From the human T2T-CHM13v2.0 reference genome, Homo sapiens, in the NCBI RefSeq assembly GCF_009914755.1, contig NC_060940.1: a DNA stretch of 64,000 bases; one strand, 5' to 3'. The translations under genes were made by a program, and so were the position numbers. The notes beneath the pieces were generated by a model. The model ran no database searches and was not told the origin of the DNA. It worked only from the letters and a program-made list of their open reading frames with translations. Below are positions 19,994 to 35,129 of the stretch, one piece after another (position 1 is the first letter of the stretch; each line of letters opens with the position of its first letter).

Positions 19994-21635
19994 TTAGCAG
20001 ATGTGGTGGCATGTGCCTGTAGTACTGCCTACTTGAGAGGCTGGGGTGGGAGGACTGCTTGAGCCCAGGAGTTCAAGGCTGTACCACTGCACTCCAGCCT
20101 GGGAGACAGGGCAAGACACTGTCTCAATCAATCAATCAATAATCAATCCTGGGGCTTGAAGATAAGTTAAAGGGACTGAATTCTAACCTTTCTGATGACT
20201 TGAATTCTTCCTACAGTTTCCAAGGGATCCCTCCCTTTTTCTGGATGAGGTACTCACTACCTCTTCCAGACGGTTTCTGGAGAGTCTGCCTGATAATGTT
20301 CCTCCTTAATAAAAATGATAGCTTGGGCCAGGTTCAGTGGCTCACACTAGCACTTTGGGAGACCAAGGCGGGTGGATCGCTTGAGCCCAGGAGTTCAAGA
20401 CAAGGCGGGTGGATCCCTTGAGCCCAGGAGTTCAAGACCAGCCTGGGCGATATAGCAAAATCCCATTTCTACAAAAAATACAAAAATTAGCCAGGCATGG
20501 TGGAGCATGCCTGTACTCCCAGCTACTCCAGAAGGCTGAGGTAGGAGAAATGCTTGAGCCTAAGGAGACTGAGGTTGCAGTAAGCCAAGATGGTGCCACT
20601 GCACTCCAGCCTGGCAACAGAGTGAGACCCCATCTCAAAAATAAATAAATAAATAAATGATAAAAAAGATAGTTCACATTTACTGAGCACTCGCCAAATA
20701 CCAGGCAGTATCCTAAACTCCTTATGTGTATTAGCTCAGTTACCCTTCATGGCAACCCCATGAGGAAAGTTCTATTATTCCATTTTCACAGATAAGGGAA
20801 CCAAGGTCCAGAGAAATGGTTCAGTATTTTGTTAAGTGCCCAGTCCCTGAAGCCAAACTGTCTGGCTTCAGATTTTGCCTCCATCACTTCCCAGCTGATG
20901 TGACCGTGTGTAATGTACTGCATGTCTTAGAACCTCAGTTTTCTAATCTGAAAAATGGAGATAATGATAGTACTTACCTGACAGAGTTGGGTGAGGAATG
21001 AATGAGTCAAAAATAATTACTGTCCTCAATTATCAAAGCGTCTTCTTAGAGCCAGACACATTGCTGGGTGTGCTGGTTTATTTAATTTAATGTCTTATAG
21101 CTTCCTGAGATAGGGATTCTTGTCCCTACTTTACAGAGGAATAAATCGAGGTTCCAAGAGTTAAGTGACTTGCCCATGGTCCCACAATGGGTAACCTAAG
21201 CAGCTGGGACTTCAGTCCAGGTGTTTAATTTGCCTTAAGTTGCTGGGGTCTTGCTCAGTGGTCTGGGGCCTCTTACGCTTGTCTGCTGCCTCCGCCAGCC
21301 CCACAGTGACCAGAACCCTGAGCTCAGGTCATACCTGTGTCTTCTCTCATCCTTGCAGAACTGCCCTGAGACCCTGGCCGGCACCCTTTATGTCTCTGCT
21401 TCCCTCTCAGAGGGCTTGACCCAGTGGTTCTGAGCTCTGGCCCTTCTACTGCCTCTTGCCAGCTCTGGGTCTCAGCCTTCCTATCTGTGAGTTAGACACC
21501 AGGTAGCTGGAGGGGAAATCCCTCCTCCCATGGCACTTCCCAGGGGAAAAGGTAGGGGAGTGCCAGGTTGGTCTCAGCATGCGCCCAGCTACACAAAGAG
21601 GGCAGGTAGGCTAGGTCTCTGTCTAACATCCCACC

Positions 21636-21638
<3 letters not shown>

Positions 21639-21702
<64 letters not shown>
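21639..21702. repeat. Compound (A)n(TA)n microsatellite
   Basis: ~33 A followed by ~15 TA units. Confidence 0.95.
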
Positions 21703-21705
<3 letters not shown>

Positions 21706-21995
21706 ATTTTTGAGATGGAGTCTTACTCTGTTGCCCAGGCTGGAGTGCAGTGGCGCGATCTTGGTTCACTGCAACCTCCGCCTCCTGAGTAGCTGGGACT
21801 ACAGGCACCTGCCACCACACCTGGCTAGTTTTTTGTATTTTTAGTAGAGACGGGGTTTCACTGTGTTAGCCAGGATGGTCTCAATCTCCTGACCTCGTGA
21901 TCCGACCGCCTCGGCCTCCCAAAGTGCTGGGATTACAGGCGAGAGCCACCACGCCCAGACTTTTTTTTTTTTTTTTATTAAAGAGCTTGAGGTAG

Positions 21996-22358
<363 letters not shown>

Positions 22359-22707
22359 TAAGAACCAAACACACATCCTTAGGTCTCCACGAGCTCTCAG
22401 GAGAGGAGCATTTTAAGTGTTCACTACACCTCTTTTTCAGATATTGAGATTAAGGTCCCCACAAAGGAAAAACTGTACACAAGGACACACAGCTGGTCAA
22501 GGAGCCAGACTCGAACCCAAGTCTCCATTCTCTCCCCCAGGTTGAATCATGAGACTTCCCACTGCTCCCAGGAAAAAGACCAATATCTTTTCCATGGCCA
22601 GCATAGCCCCAAACCATCTAAATCCTGCCTACCTGGGCAGATCACTTGAGGCCAGGAGTTTGAGACCAGCCTGGCCAACATGGTGAAACCCCATCTCTAC
22701 TAAAAAT

Positions 22708-22735
22708 ACACACACACACACACACACACACACAC
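22708..22735. repeat. (CA)n microsatellite arising from an Alu middle A-linker
   Basis: taaaaatacacacacaca... directly after an Alu left arm. Confidence 0.9.
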
Positions 22736-23121
22736 CTGCCTACCTCACCTCCCACTCCTCTCCCTGGCCCACTGGGCTCTACCCACAGAGGCCTCCTTTC
22801 TTCTCCTCAAAGAGCTAAATTCCTTCCCACCTCAGGGCAGTGGCACTAGCAGTTCCCTCTGTCTGAGCCACTCTTCTCCCACAATCTTTGTGTAGCTGTC
22901 TTTTTTGGTGTTATTTGGATCTCAGCTCCCAGTCACCTCCTCAAAAAGAGCTTTCTTGACCACCTTTCCTTTTCTTCCCCCCTTTTAATATTCCAAATTT
23001 TTTCTTTTTAACCAACCAAGGAGCACTGAATGACTACCTTTCTCAATGCTATCTTTACCCCTGATAATCATTCTCTATCTACTCTTTATTATTATTATTA
23101 TTTTTTGACGGAATCTCATGA

Positions 23122-23382
<261 letters not shown>

Positions 23383-23585
23383 TAGTAGAGACAGGGTCTC
23401 ACTGTGTTAGCCAGGATGGTCTCAATCTCCTGACCTCGTGATCCACCTGCCTCGGCCTCCCAGAGTGCTGGGATTACAGGCGTGAGCCACTGCACCCGGC
23501 CCAATCCCGGCTAATTTTTGTATTTTTAGTAGAGATGGGGTTTCACCATGTTGGCCAGGATGGTCTCGATCTATTGACCTCGTGA

Positions 23586-23984
<399 letters not shown>

Positions 23985-23987
23985 TGA

Positions 23988-24206
<219 letters not shown>

Positions 24207-24209
24207 TGA

Positions 24210-24491
<282 letters not shown>

Positions 24492-24494
24492 TAG

Positions 24495-24997
<503 letters not shown>

Positions 24998-25314
24998 TGA
25001 GTAGCTAGGACTATAGGCACCCACCACCACACCTCGCTAATTTATTAAAAATTCTTTGTATATAGAGATGGAGGTCTCACTACGCTGCCGACAGTGGTCT
25101 CAAGAACTCCTGGCTTCAGATGCTCCTCCACTTTGGCTTCCTAAAGTGCTGTGATTACAGGCATGAGCCACAGTGACCAGCACCCCTCCTCTCTAATTTC
25201 CTTTATGGTGTCATCTGGACAATACTCCTTGCAAGCTTACCATGGGCAAGGTATCATTCTAAGCATTTTGTGCATAATACTCAACTACTCAAGCCAACTG
25301 CACAGCTGCCTAGC

Positions 25315-25490
25315 AGTTCATTATGAGTGAATGTTTGTGTTCCCTGTCCGTTCATATATTGAAATTCTAACTCTCATTGTGACTGTATTTGGGGACAAGG
25401 CCTTTATGGAAGTAATTAAGGCTGAATGACGTCATAAGGGTATGGCCCTGGTCCAGTAGGATTAGCGTTCTTATGAGAAGTGACACCACA
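25315..25490 (+). mobile_element. MaLR LTR 5' fragment (MLT1A/B-like)
   Basis: tgaatgtttgtgttccc...ttcatatattgaaattctaac...gtatttggggacaaggcctttatggaagtaattaagg. Confidence 0.6.
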
Positions 25491-26419
25491 AAGAAACAAG
25501 CTTACTAGTCACGGTCCCAGCCAGTGTTCAAATCCCAAACACCTGCTCTCTGAGCCCTGACTATTGCTTTGCTAGCATTACACATCTTATGGTTTGGCTG
25601 TTAATTCTTCATCACCAGCACCAGAGTCCAGGCTGGCAAAGGGCTAGGAAACCGATCATCTGCCTCCTCTACACCCAGAACCCTGTGTGGTGACCCAAAA
25701 CAAATGGAAAGAACCAACCTCAGATGAAATTTGAACCCAGGTCTGTAGCCTCTGCCTCCTCCACAGTAGGAGTTTGTGAGAATGTCCACCAATAACTGTT
25801 TATTAACTAAATTCCTCCACCTTTCCAACTCCACAAGGCTCAACTATTGCCCCAATATCCCACAGTGGGCTCCCTGTCGTGGCGATGAAGCCTTGCTTTG
25901 CCTCACTACTGGCTTAGGAAGGGGATGAAGTTCTGCTGTCTCACTAGGCAAGCAAAGATTCAATTTCCAAAAATCCTAGGCTAGGACCCTGGGGCAGGGA
26001 TGAGGAGAAAAAGGAGGCACCTCAATCTTCCCATCTCTAAACAAGCAGTCACCACACAGGCCTCACGGCCAGGAGTGACGTAGTGAGCGGATGAACCCTG
26101 CAGAAGTGAGCGCTAATCATATCCTAGGCCTCCTACCGGGCCAGTTCACAACCTGATCCCAACCTACTTTTCCAGCCTCAGCTCCAGCGACAGAGTCCTC
26201 CTCCCGGCAGCGACCGAACCTCCAGCCACAATTCTCAATCCTCCACCTCTAGATGCAGTTTCCTGGGCTCGGGGAGCCCTTGCCTGCCTTCTCCAACGGG
26301 AAAGCCCCTTTACATCCTTCAAGAACCCCCTTCCCTAGTGCCCTCAGGAATACTTTATGGCAGTAGAGAGGTAAGGGCCCCACGCCGCTCTGGACCTCAG
26401 TTTCCTCATCAGTAAAATG

Positions 26420-28160
26420 GGGTCCCTTAAGTTTGTGGGAGTTTGAAGGGCGGTGGGGCCTACGAAGCGCGCCGAGGAGCCGAGAGTTGCAGAAACCCGG
26501 AGCTCCTCGCTCCTCGCAACCGTCTGTACGCGGCGCCCCCGCCAGCCAGGCAGCCCCTGGAGGGCAGGACCCCGGTTATAAGCCTCAGAAAACGTGGCTT
26601 CGGAGGACGTGGCAAGGAGGACTGAACGAAGGATGAGGAGATGAACAAATGAATGGACGGAAGGCCGAATGAGGGACAAAGGCTTGCAAGATGGCGTTCT
26701 CTAGGACCGCGGGAGTGGTGGCCGGGCCTCAGCAGGGGAGGGGGCCGCCGGCGCCTGGGATCTTGCAGCGCGGGCCACGCGACCGGGACAAAAACCCAAA
26801 ACATGGCGGGCTCTAGGACCCCCGGGACCACACCGCGCCGGGCCAGCAGCCGCGCGGGCCGAGCCTGGGTGTCCGCAGCCCAGAACCGCGGAGACAGCCG
26901 GCGGGTTCTAGGACCTGCTGGGCCCGCAATGCGCCCGGGGCCGCTCACAGCCCGCCCCGCCCGCGCTGCTCGCGCTGGGCCAACCCGGCCCGCCCTCGGC
27001 GCCCGCAGGGAAACTGAGGCCAGCTCGGATCGTGGCCGCGTGGGAGCTGCCCGGGGCCCTCGCGGCTTCCCGCCGACGTTTCCTACCTGATGAGACTTGT
27101 GCTGACTCCGTGGCGTCGGCGTCGGCTCCTCGCACCGACGGAGCCCGGACCCTGCCAAACAGGGGCCGGCGCTAGGACCCAGCGGGGGGCGGGGAGGTGG
27201 GACCGGTGGCGCGGCGAGCGGAAGTGAGGGATCTTCCTCAGCTAGGAAGGAAGGGAAAGTTCCCGGGGAACCTCCAGCCTATGGCGGCAGAGAAGCATCT
27301 TGCAAGAGGTCTCTGTGTGTGCTGAGGCAAGGGGACGCCAGGCAGGCTGACGGTATACGCCCGCCTTGTGTTAGTCTGGGGCCAGGTCACCGGCAATGTC
27401 TTCAAGAACCAGAAGGTGGGAGGACAAAAAGGCCATGCTCAAGCTCTGCAAAACCTAAGTCCAATTATATTCCACAACATTTCCTTTAATAGCAAGGAGT
27501 GGGTTTCACGAAGTTTTCTCCATCTGCCTTGGGAAAAGTCCTCCAGAGAGCCCCACGAAAAGTGTCACCAAAGTACTGTGGCCAGGGCTGTAGAATCTTT
27601 TTCTCCCTTTCTGCGCCTATTCAATATGCACCGGAACGATTCTAGCTGCTCTTGCCGGAAGTGTGGCTAGCATAGCGTGCAAAGACGCCGCGTTGTGACC
27701 TACGTGGGCGGAGTCAGCCGTGCAGACCTAGAACTTAGCGCCGGAAGTGTGTCTGCGTAAAACTGCGGCTCGGAGGCGGGACAGGCAGTGCTCCCGAAGC
27801 GGAAGTTTCGCGGGGAAGCTTTTGCACCTAAGGACACTTCCTGTTTCCTAGTAACAATAGGAAGTGTCCGTAGAGCTGGGAGTAGACTCCTGGCTCATGC
27901 CAGCTGCGCCCTCTTTTCTCTACCTCCTTCCTCTTCCCCCCTTCTCCTTTCCCTCTTTCCCTTCCCTCCCACCTCCCGGGAACCCTGGCTGAGTGTGCGT
28001 GTGTGGGAGCGCGAGAGCCCCCCGACAGCCACCCCTTGGGGCGCGCGGCTGCAGTTAGGGTAAGGGTCCCAGTGCGCAGGCGCGCTCTTGTTCGCGGTCC
28101 CCAACTGACGCGCCCGCGGCGGGAAGGAGAGGGGGCCGCCGGTGCGAGGTAGGCGTCCTG
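26420..28160. promoter_or_regulatory. CpG-island bidirectional promoter of ZNF668 (-) and ZNF646 (+) with an ETS/GABPA motif cluster
   Basis: High CpG density; GGAAGT motifs at 27218, 27655, 27741, 27799, 27835(rev) and 27859; divergent donors CAG|GTAGGA (-, 27087) and GG|GTAAGG (+, 28059) mark non-coding first exons. Confidence 0.88.
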
Positions 28161-28701
28161 AGAGGAAATTGGCAGACGAGATGAGTGAGGTCAGAGGACT
28201 TCATTGGTGGTTGACTAGGGGAGGGGACTTTTGATCAAAGGGGCTTTGTGAGGTGAGAATTCCGGGGGCAGGTTCAGTGAAGGGGTTTACGGTCGGAGAC
28301 AGTTGTACTGGGGTCCCATGGGAAGAAGAGTCAGAGTTGGAGAAGGACAAGACGATGTAGGGGGCATGAGAGAGCAAGGGCTTTGGGATGAAGACCGCCT
28401 CAGTCAGGGGGTTTGCTGTTACGTGAACTAGAATAACAGGCATTGCCGTGTGTTCTGAGGATTGAGTAACACAATGAATATAGTTAGCACAGTGCCTGGC
28501 ACATGGTAATATAATACTCTTCATGAGTTGCTGTCATCATCAGTATTAAGAGAGGAGGCAGAAGAAAAAAATGAGAAAGACTGGTGAGGGTAAGATCAGG
28601 AGGCATGGGAGAGAAAAGGTAGGCAATGAAGTGACATTACAACCTGGTATTGATGTTATTCCCAAGATGGAAGATAGTTTGAGTTCAAGGGAAGTAGATA
28701 A

Positions 28702-29026
<325 letters not shown>

Positions 29027-29752
29027 AGTTAAGAGAGTCTTAACTCTCTTAACTCTCTTGTCACAAGGAAAAGAGACCTTGTGACACTGAAATGACTCGG
29101 GGTGGTGGGGGAACAAGCCAGCCCTTTCCCTGAAGGAGGCCTCTAACCTCTCCTCTCAGGTCCTCAGCTATTAACTGGAGGAAACAGCTGCTTTTTCAGT
29201 GCTTCTCAGCTACTCTGTTTAGCTGAGAGATGAAGTAGGAAGATTTGGACTTCTCTTATTGAAAGGCCTAGAGAAGGTTTTGGTGTCCTTTTAAGATGTC
29301 ACAGAAAATTTTTGTTTCAGGATTGTAGGGAGCAGATTCCTACTGTTCTTAAAGGACAGTAATGCCTTTTGAGTCTGGTCTGAAGAACATAACAGGTCTG
29401 TGATCAGAAGTAGGTTGCATCTCTCTCAACTTTAATTTCCTTAGCTATACCTGTAGGGATGACTTAAGCCTAGGGGAGCTCCTATATTTGGGAAGCTTGT
29501 GCACAGGGAAGCCTTAAATGATGGTGCCTGCAGATTGGATCTAGTAGAAATTAGGTCCTTGGGCATGGATGCTTGGGGAACCTCTCAGTGACCTCAGGTG
29601 AACTTGTTGCTCGTAGAGCCAAGAGGCGAAGTTAATTCAGGCCTTCCTTTTGACCACTGCCCCCTCTTCCTAGGCCTTGGCCCCTCCACCAGAGGAAGGT
29701 GCTGCCACGTGTCTGCTCCTTCTGAACCTCCAGGTTTCTGCTACGTTGCCCC

Positions 29753-32700
29753 ATGGAGGACACACCCCCCTCACTCAGCTGCTCCGACTGTCAGCGCCAC
29801 TTTCCCAGCCTCCCAGAGCTCTCTCGGCACCGAGAACTGCTCCATCCATCTCCCAACCAGGACAGTGAGGAGGCTGACAGCATCCCTCGGCCCTACCGTT
29901 GTCAGCAGTGTGGGCGGGGCTACCGTCACCCCGGGAGCCTGGTTAACCATCGTCGGACCCACGAGACTGGCCTTTTCCCCTGTACCACCTGTGGCAAGGA
30001 CTTCTCCAATCCCATGGCTCTCAAGAGCCATATGAGGACACATGCTCCTGAGGGCCGCCGCAGGCACAGGCCCCCACGCCCCAAGGAAGCCACTCCACAC
30101 CTCCAGGGTGAGACGGTGTCCACTGACTCCTGGGGCCAAAGGCTTGGCTCTAGTGAAGGCTGGGAAAACCAGACAAAACATACAGAAGAGACACCTGACT
30201 GTGAATCTGTACCTGACCCCAGGGCAGCTTCGGGTACGTGGGAAGATCTGCCCACCAGACAAAGAGAAGGCTTGGCAAGCCACCCAGGTCCTGAGGATGG
30301 TGCAGACGGCTGGGGACCCTCCACTAACTCTGCCAGAGCCCCTCCTCTCCCCATCCCAGCCAGCAGCCTTCTTAGCAACTTGGAACAGTATCTGGCTGAA
30401 TCAGTAGTGAACTTCACAGGGGGCCAGGAGCCCACCCAGTCCCCTCCTGCTGAGGAGGAGCGGCGGTACAAATGTAGTCAGTGTGGCAAGACCTACAAGC
30501 ACGCCGGGAGCCTCACCAACCACCGCCAGAGCCACACGCTGGGCATCTACCCCTGTGCCATCTGTTTCAAGGAGTTCTCTAACCTCATGGCTCTGAAGAA
30601 CCACTCTCGACTGCATGCCCAGTATCGGCCTTACCACTGTCCCCACTGCCCCCGTGTCTTCCGGCTCCCCCGGGAGCTGCTGGAACACCAGCAGTCCCAT
30701 GAGGGTGAAAGGCAGGAGCCACGCTGGGAGGAGAAAGGGATGCCCACCACCAATGGGCACACAGATGAGAGCAGCCAGGACCAGCTCCCCAGTGCACAGA
30801 TGCTGAATGGCTCTGCGGAGCTCAGCACCTCTGGGGAGCTGGAGGACAGTGGCCTGGAGGAATACCGGCCTTTCCGCTGTGGGGACTGTGGCCGTACTTA
30901 CCGCCATGCTGGGAGCCTCATCAACCATCGAAAGAGCCACCAGACAGGTGTCTACCCCTGCTCACTCTGTTCTAAGCAGCTGTTCAATGCGGCTGCCCTC
31001 AAAAACCATGTGCGGGCTCATCACAGGCCCAGGCAAGGAGTTGGGGAAAATGGGCAGCCATCAGTCCCACCAGCTCCCCTGCTGCTGGCTGAGACCACCC
31101 ACAAAGAGGAAGAGGACCCCACCACCACCCTGGACCATCGGCCCTATAAGTGCAGTGAGTGTGGTCGTGCTTACCGCCACCGGGGGAGCCTGGTGAACCA
31201 TCGCCACAGCCATCGGACTGGAGAGTACCAGTGCTCACTCTGTCCCCGCAAGTACCCCAATCTCATGGCCCTGCGCAACCACGTGCGGGTACATTGCAAG
31301 GCTGCTCGCCGAAGTGCAGACATCGGGGCTGAGGGTGCCCCCAGCCACCTCAAGGTAGAACTCCCGCCTGACCCAGTGGAGGCAGAGGCAGCCCCGCACA
31401 CAGATCAGGACCATGTGTGCAAACATGAAGAAGAGGCCACGGACATCACCCCAGCAGCAGACAAGACAGCAGCACATATCTGTAGCATCTGTGGGCTGCT
31501 CTTTGAAGACGCTGAGAGCCTTGAACGTCATGGCCTGACTCATGGGGCAGGGGAAAAGGAAAATAGCAGAACAGAGACCACAATGTCACCTCCTAGGGCC
31601 TTTGCCTGCCGAGACTGTGGAAAGAGCTATCGCCACTCAGGCAGCCTTATCAACCACAGGCAGACCCACCAGACAGGAGACTTCAGTTGTGGGGCCTGTG
31701 CCAAGCACTTCCACACCATGGCTGCCATGAAGAACCACTTGCGCCGGCACAGTCGGCGGCGGAGCAGGCGGCATCGGAAGCGGGCTGGCGGTGCCAGCGG
31801 TGGGAGAGAAGCCAAACTCCTGGCAGCGGAGAGCTGGACCCGGGAGCTAGAAGACAATGAAGGCCTGGAGTCTCCCCAAGACCCTTCAGGGGAAAGTCCT
31901 CATGGGGCTGAAGGCAACCTGGAAAGTGATGGGGACTGTTTGCAGGCTGAATCTGAAGGGGACAAATGTGGGCTTGAGAGGGATGAGACCCATTTCCAGG
32001 GTGATAAAGAGAGCGGAGGCACTGGGGAAGGACTGGAAAGGAAGGATGCCAGTTTACTTGACAACTTGGACATCCCAGGTGAGGAAGGTGGTGGCACTCA
32101 CTTCTGCGATAGCCTCACTGGGGTGGATGAAGACCAGAAGCCAGCCACTGGCCAACCCAACTCCTCTTCCCACTCTGCCAATGCTGTCACTGGCTGGCAG
32201 GCTGGGGCCGCTCACACATGCTCTGACTGTGGGCATTCTTTCCCCCATGCCACTGGCCTGCTGAGCCACAGGCCCTGCCACCCACCAGGCATCTATCAGT
32301 GCTCCCTCTGCCCGAAGGAGTTTGACTCTCTGCCTGCCCTCCGCAGCCACTTCCAGAACCATAGGCCTGGGGAGGCGACCTCAGCACAGCCTTTCCTCTG
32401 CTGCCTCTGTGGCATGATCTTCCCTGGGCGGGCTGGCTACAGGCTTCACCGGCGCCAGGCCCACAGCTCCTCTGGCATGACTGAGGGCTCAGAGGAGGAG
32501 GGGGAAGAGGAAGGAGTGGCAGAGGCAGCCCCTGCACGCAGTCCACCACTGCAGCTCTCGGAAGCAGAGCTGCTGAATCAGCTGCAGCGGGAGGTGGAAG
32601 CGCTGGACAGTGCAGGGTATGGGCACATCTGTGGCTGCTGTGGTCAGACCTACGATGACCTGGGGAGCCTGGAGCGTCACCACCAAAGTCAGAGTTCTGG

Positions 32701-35129
32701 GACTACTGCAGACAAGGCTCCCAGCCCCTTGGGAGTGGCAGGTGATGCCATGGAGATGGTCGTGGACAGTGTCTTGGAGGACATAGTGAATTCTGTCTCT
32801 GGAGAGGGTGGAGATGCCAAGTCTCAAGAGGGAGCAGGCACCCCCTTGGGAGACAGCCTCTGCATCCAGGGTGGGGAAAGTTTGTTGGAGGCTCAGCCCC
32901 GCCCCTTCCGCTGCAACCAGTGTGGCAAGACCTATCGCCATGGGGGCAGCCTGGTGAACCACCGCAAGATCCACCAGACTGGAGACTTTCTCTGCCCTGT
33001 CTGCTCCCGCTGCTACCCCAACCTGGCTGCCTACCGTAATCATCTGCGGAACCACCCTCGCTGCAAAGGCTCTGAGCCCCAGGTTGGGCCCATCCCAGAG
33101 GCAGCAGGTAGCAGTGAGCTGCAGGTTGGGCCCATCCCAGAAGGAGGCAGCAACAAGCCCCAGCACATGGCAGAGGAGGGGCCGGGGCAAGCAGAAGTCG
33201 AGAAGCTCCAGGAAGAACTTAAAGTGGAGCCCCTGGAGGAAGTGGCCAGGGTGAAAGAAGAGGTGTGGGAGGAGACCACTGTGAAGGGGGAGGAGATAGA
33301 GCCCAGGCTGGAGACTGCCGAGAAGGGCTGCCAGACTGAAGCCAGCTCTGAGCGGCCCTTCAGCTGCGAGGTGTGTGGCCGATCCTACAAGCACGCCGGC
33401 AGCCTCATCAACCACCGGCAGAGCCACCAGACCGGCCACTTTGGCTGTCAGGCCTGCTCCAAGGGCTTCTCAAACCTCATGTCCCTCAAGAACCACCGGC
33501 GCATCCATGCAGATCCCCGACGTTTCCGCTGCAGCGAGTGTGGGAAGGCCTTCCGCCTGCGGAAACAGCTGGCCAGCCACCAGCGGGTCCACATGGAACG
33601 GCGTGGGGGTGGGGGCACCCGAAAGGCGACTCGGGAAGATCGGCCCTTCCGCTGTGGGCAGTGCGGGCGGACCTATCGCCACGCCGGCAGCCTCCTGAAC
33701 CACCGGCGCAGCCACGAGACGGGCCAGTACAGCTGCCCCACCTGCCCCAAGACCTACTCCAACCGCATGGCCCTGAAGGACCACCAGAGGCTGCACTCAG
33801 AGAATCGGCGGCGACGGGCTGGACGGTCCAGGCGCACAGCTGTGCGTTGCGCCCTCTGTGGCCGCAGCTTCCCTGGCCGGGGATCTTTGGAGCGGCACCT
33901 GCGGGAGCATGAGGAGACAGAAAGGGAGCCAGCCAATGGCCAGGGAGGCCTGGATGGCACAGCGGCCAGTGAGGCGAACCTGACTGGCAGCCAGGGACTA
34001 GAGACCCAATTGGGTGGTGCTGAGCCAGTACCCCACTTGGAGGATGGAGTCCCAAGGCCAGGGGAGCGCAGTCAGAGCCCCATCAGGGCAGCAAGCTCAG
34101 AAGCCCCAGAGCCACTGTCCTGGGGTGCAGGGAAGGCAGGTGGGTGGCCGGTAGGTGGGGGACTGGGGAATCATAGTGGAGGCTGGGTTCCTCAGTTCCT
34201 AACTAGGTCAGAGGAGCCAGAGGACAGTGTCCACAGGAGTCCTTGCCACGCTGGTGACTGCCAGCTCAATGGACCTACTCTGAGTCACATGGATAGCTGG
34301 GACAACAGAGACAACAGCTCTCAGCTGCAGCCAGGGAGCCACTCCTCTTGCAGCCAGTGTGGCAAGACTTACTGCCAGTCAGGCAGCCTCTTGAACCACA
34401 ACACCAACAAGACAGACCGACACTATTGCCTGCTCTGCTCCAAGGAGTTCTTAAATCCTGTGGCCACAAAGAGCCACAGCCACAACCACATAGACGCCCA
34501 GACCTTTGCCTGTCCTGACTGTGGCAAAGCCTTTGAGTCCCACCAGGAACTGGCCAGCCACCTGCAGGCTCATGCCCGGGGCCACAGCCAGGTGCCAGCC
34601 CAGATGGAGGAGGCCAGAGATCCCAAAGCCGGGACTGGGGAGGACCAGGTGGTTCTCCCTGGTCAAGGGAAAGCCCAGGAGGCCCCATCAGAAACCCCCA
34701 GAGGCCCAGGAGAGAGTGTGGAGAGAGCCAGGGGAGGACAAGCGGTGACGTCCATGGCGGCTGAGGACAAGGAGCGGCCCTTCCGCTGCACCCAGTGCGG
34801 GCGCTCCTACCGCCATGCTGGCAGCCTGCTGAACCACCAGAAGGCCCACACCACAGGGTTGTACCCGTGCTCCCTCTGTCCCAAACTTCTCCCTAACCTG
34901 CTGTCTCTTAAGAACCACAGCAGGACCCACACGGACCCCAAGCGCCACTGCTGCAGCATCTGTGGCAAGGCCTTTCGGACAGCTGCCCGGCTGGAGGGCC
35001 ACGGGCGGGTCCATGCACCCCGGGAGGGGCCTTTCACCTGCCCCCATTGTCCCCGCCACTTCCGCCGCCGAATCAGCTTCGTGCAGCACCAGCAGCAGCA
35101 CCAGGAGGAGTGGACGGTGGCCGGCTCCG
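29753..35129 (+). CDS. ZNF646: Zinc finger protein 646, giant main coding exon (dispersed C2H2 clusters)
   Basis: Acceptor TTCCTAG| ~29673, ATG 29753, open frame [17 protein letters not shown]...; donor TCCG|GTAGGG at 35129/35130; the unspliced frame continues to a stop at 35242 (1829 aa). Confidence 0.97.

Noticed and set aside
20364-20437. 37-bp tandem duplication within an Alu
   Set aside because: Ordinary slippage in a neutral repeat
26460-27158. 232-aa and 145-aa ORFs in the bidirectional promoter
   Set aside because: Stop-poor CpG-island sequence, low-complexity Arg/Pro/Ala composition
29028-29053. Short hairpin GTTAAGAGAG...CTCTCTTAAC next to an Alu
   Set aside because: 10-bp stem overlapping the TSD; likely chance or an insertion by-product
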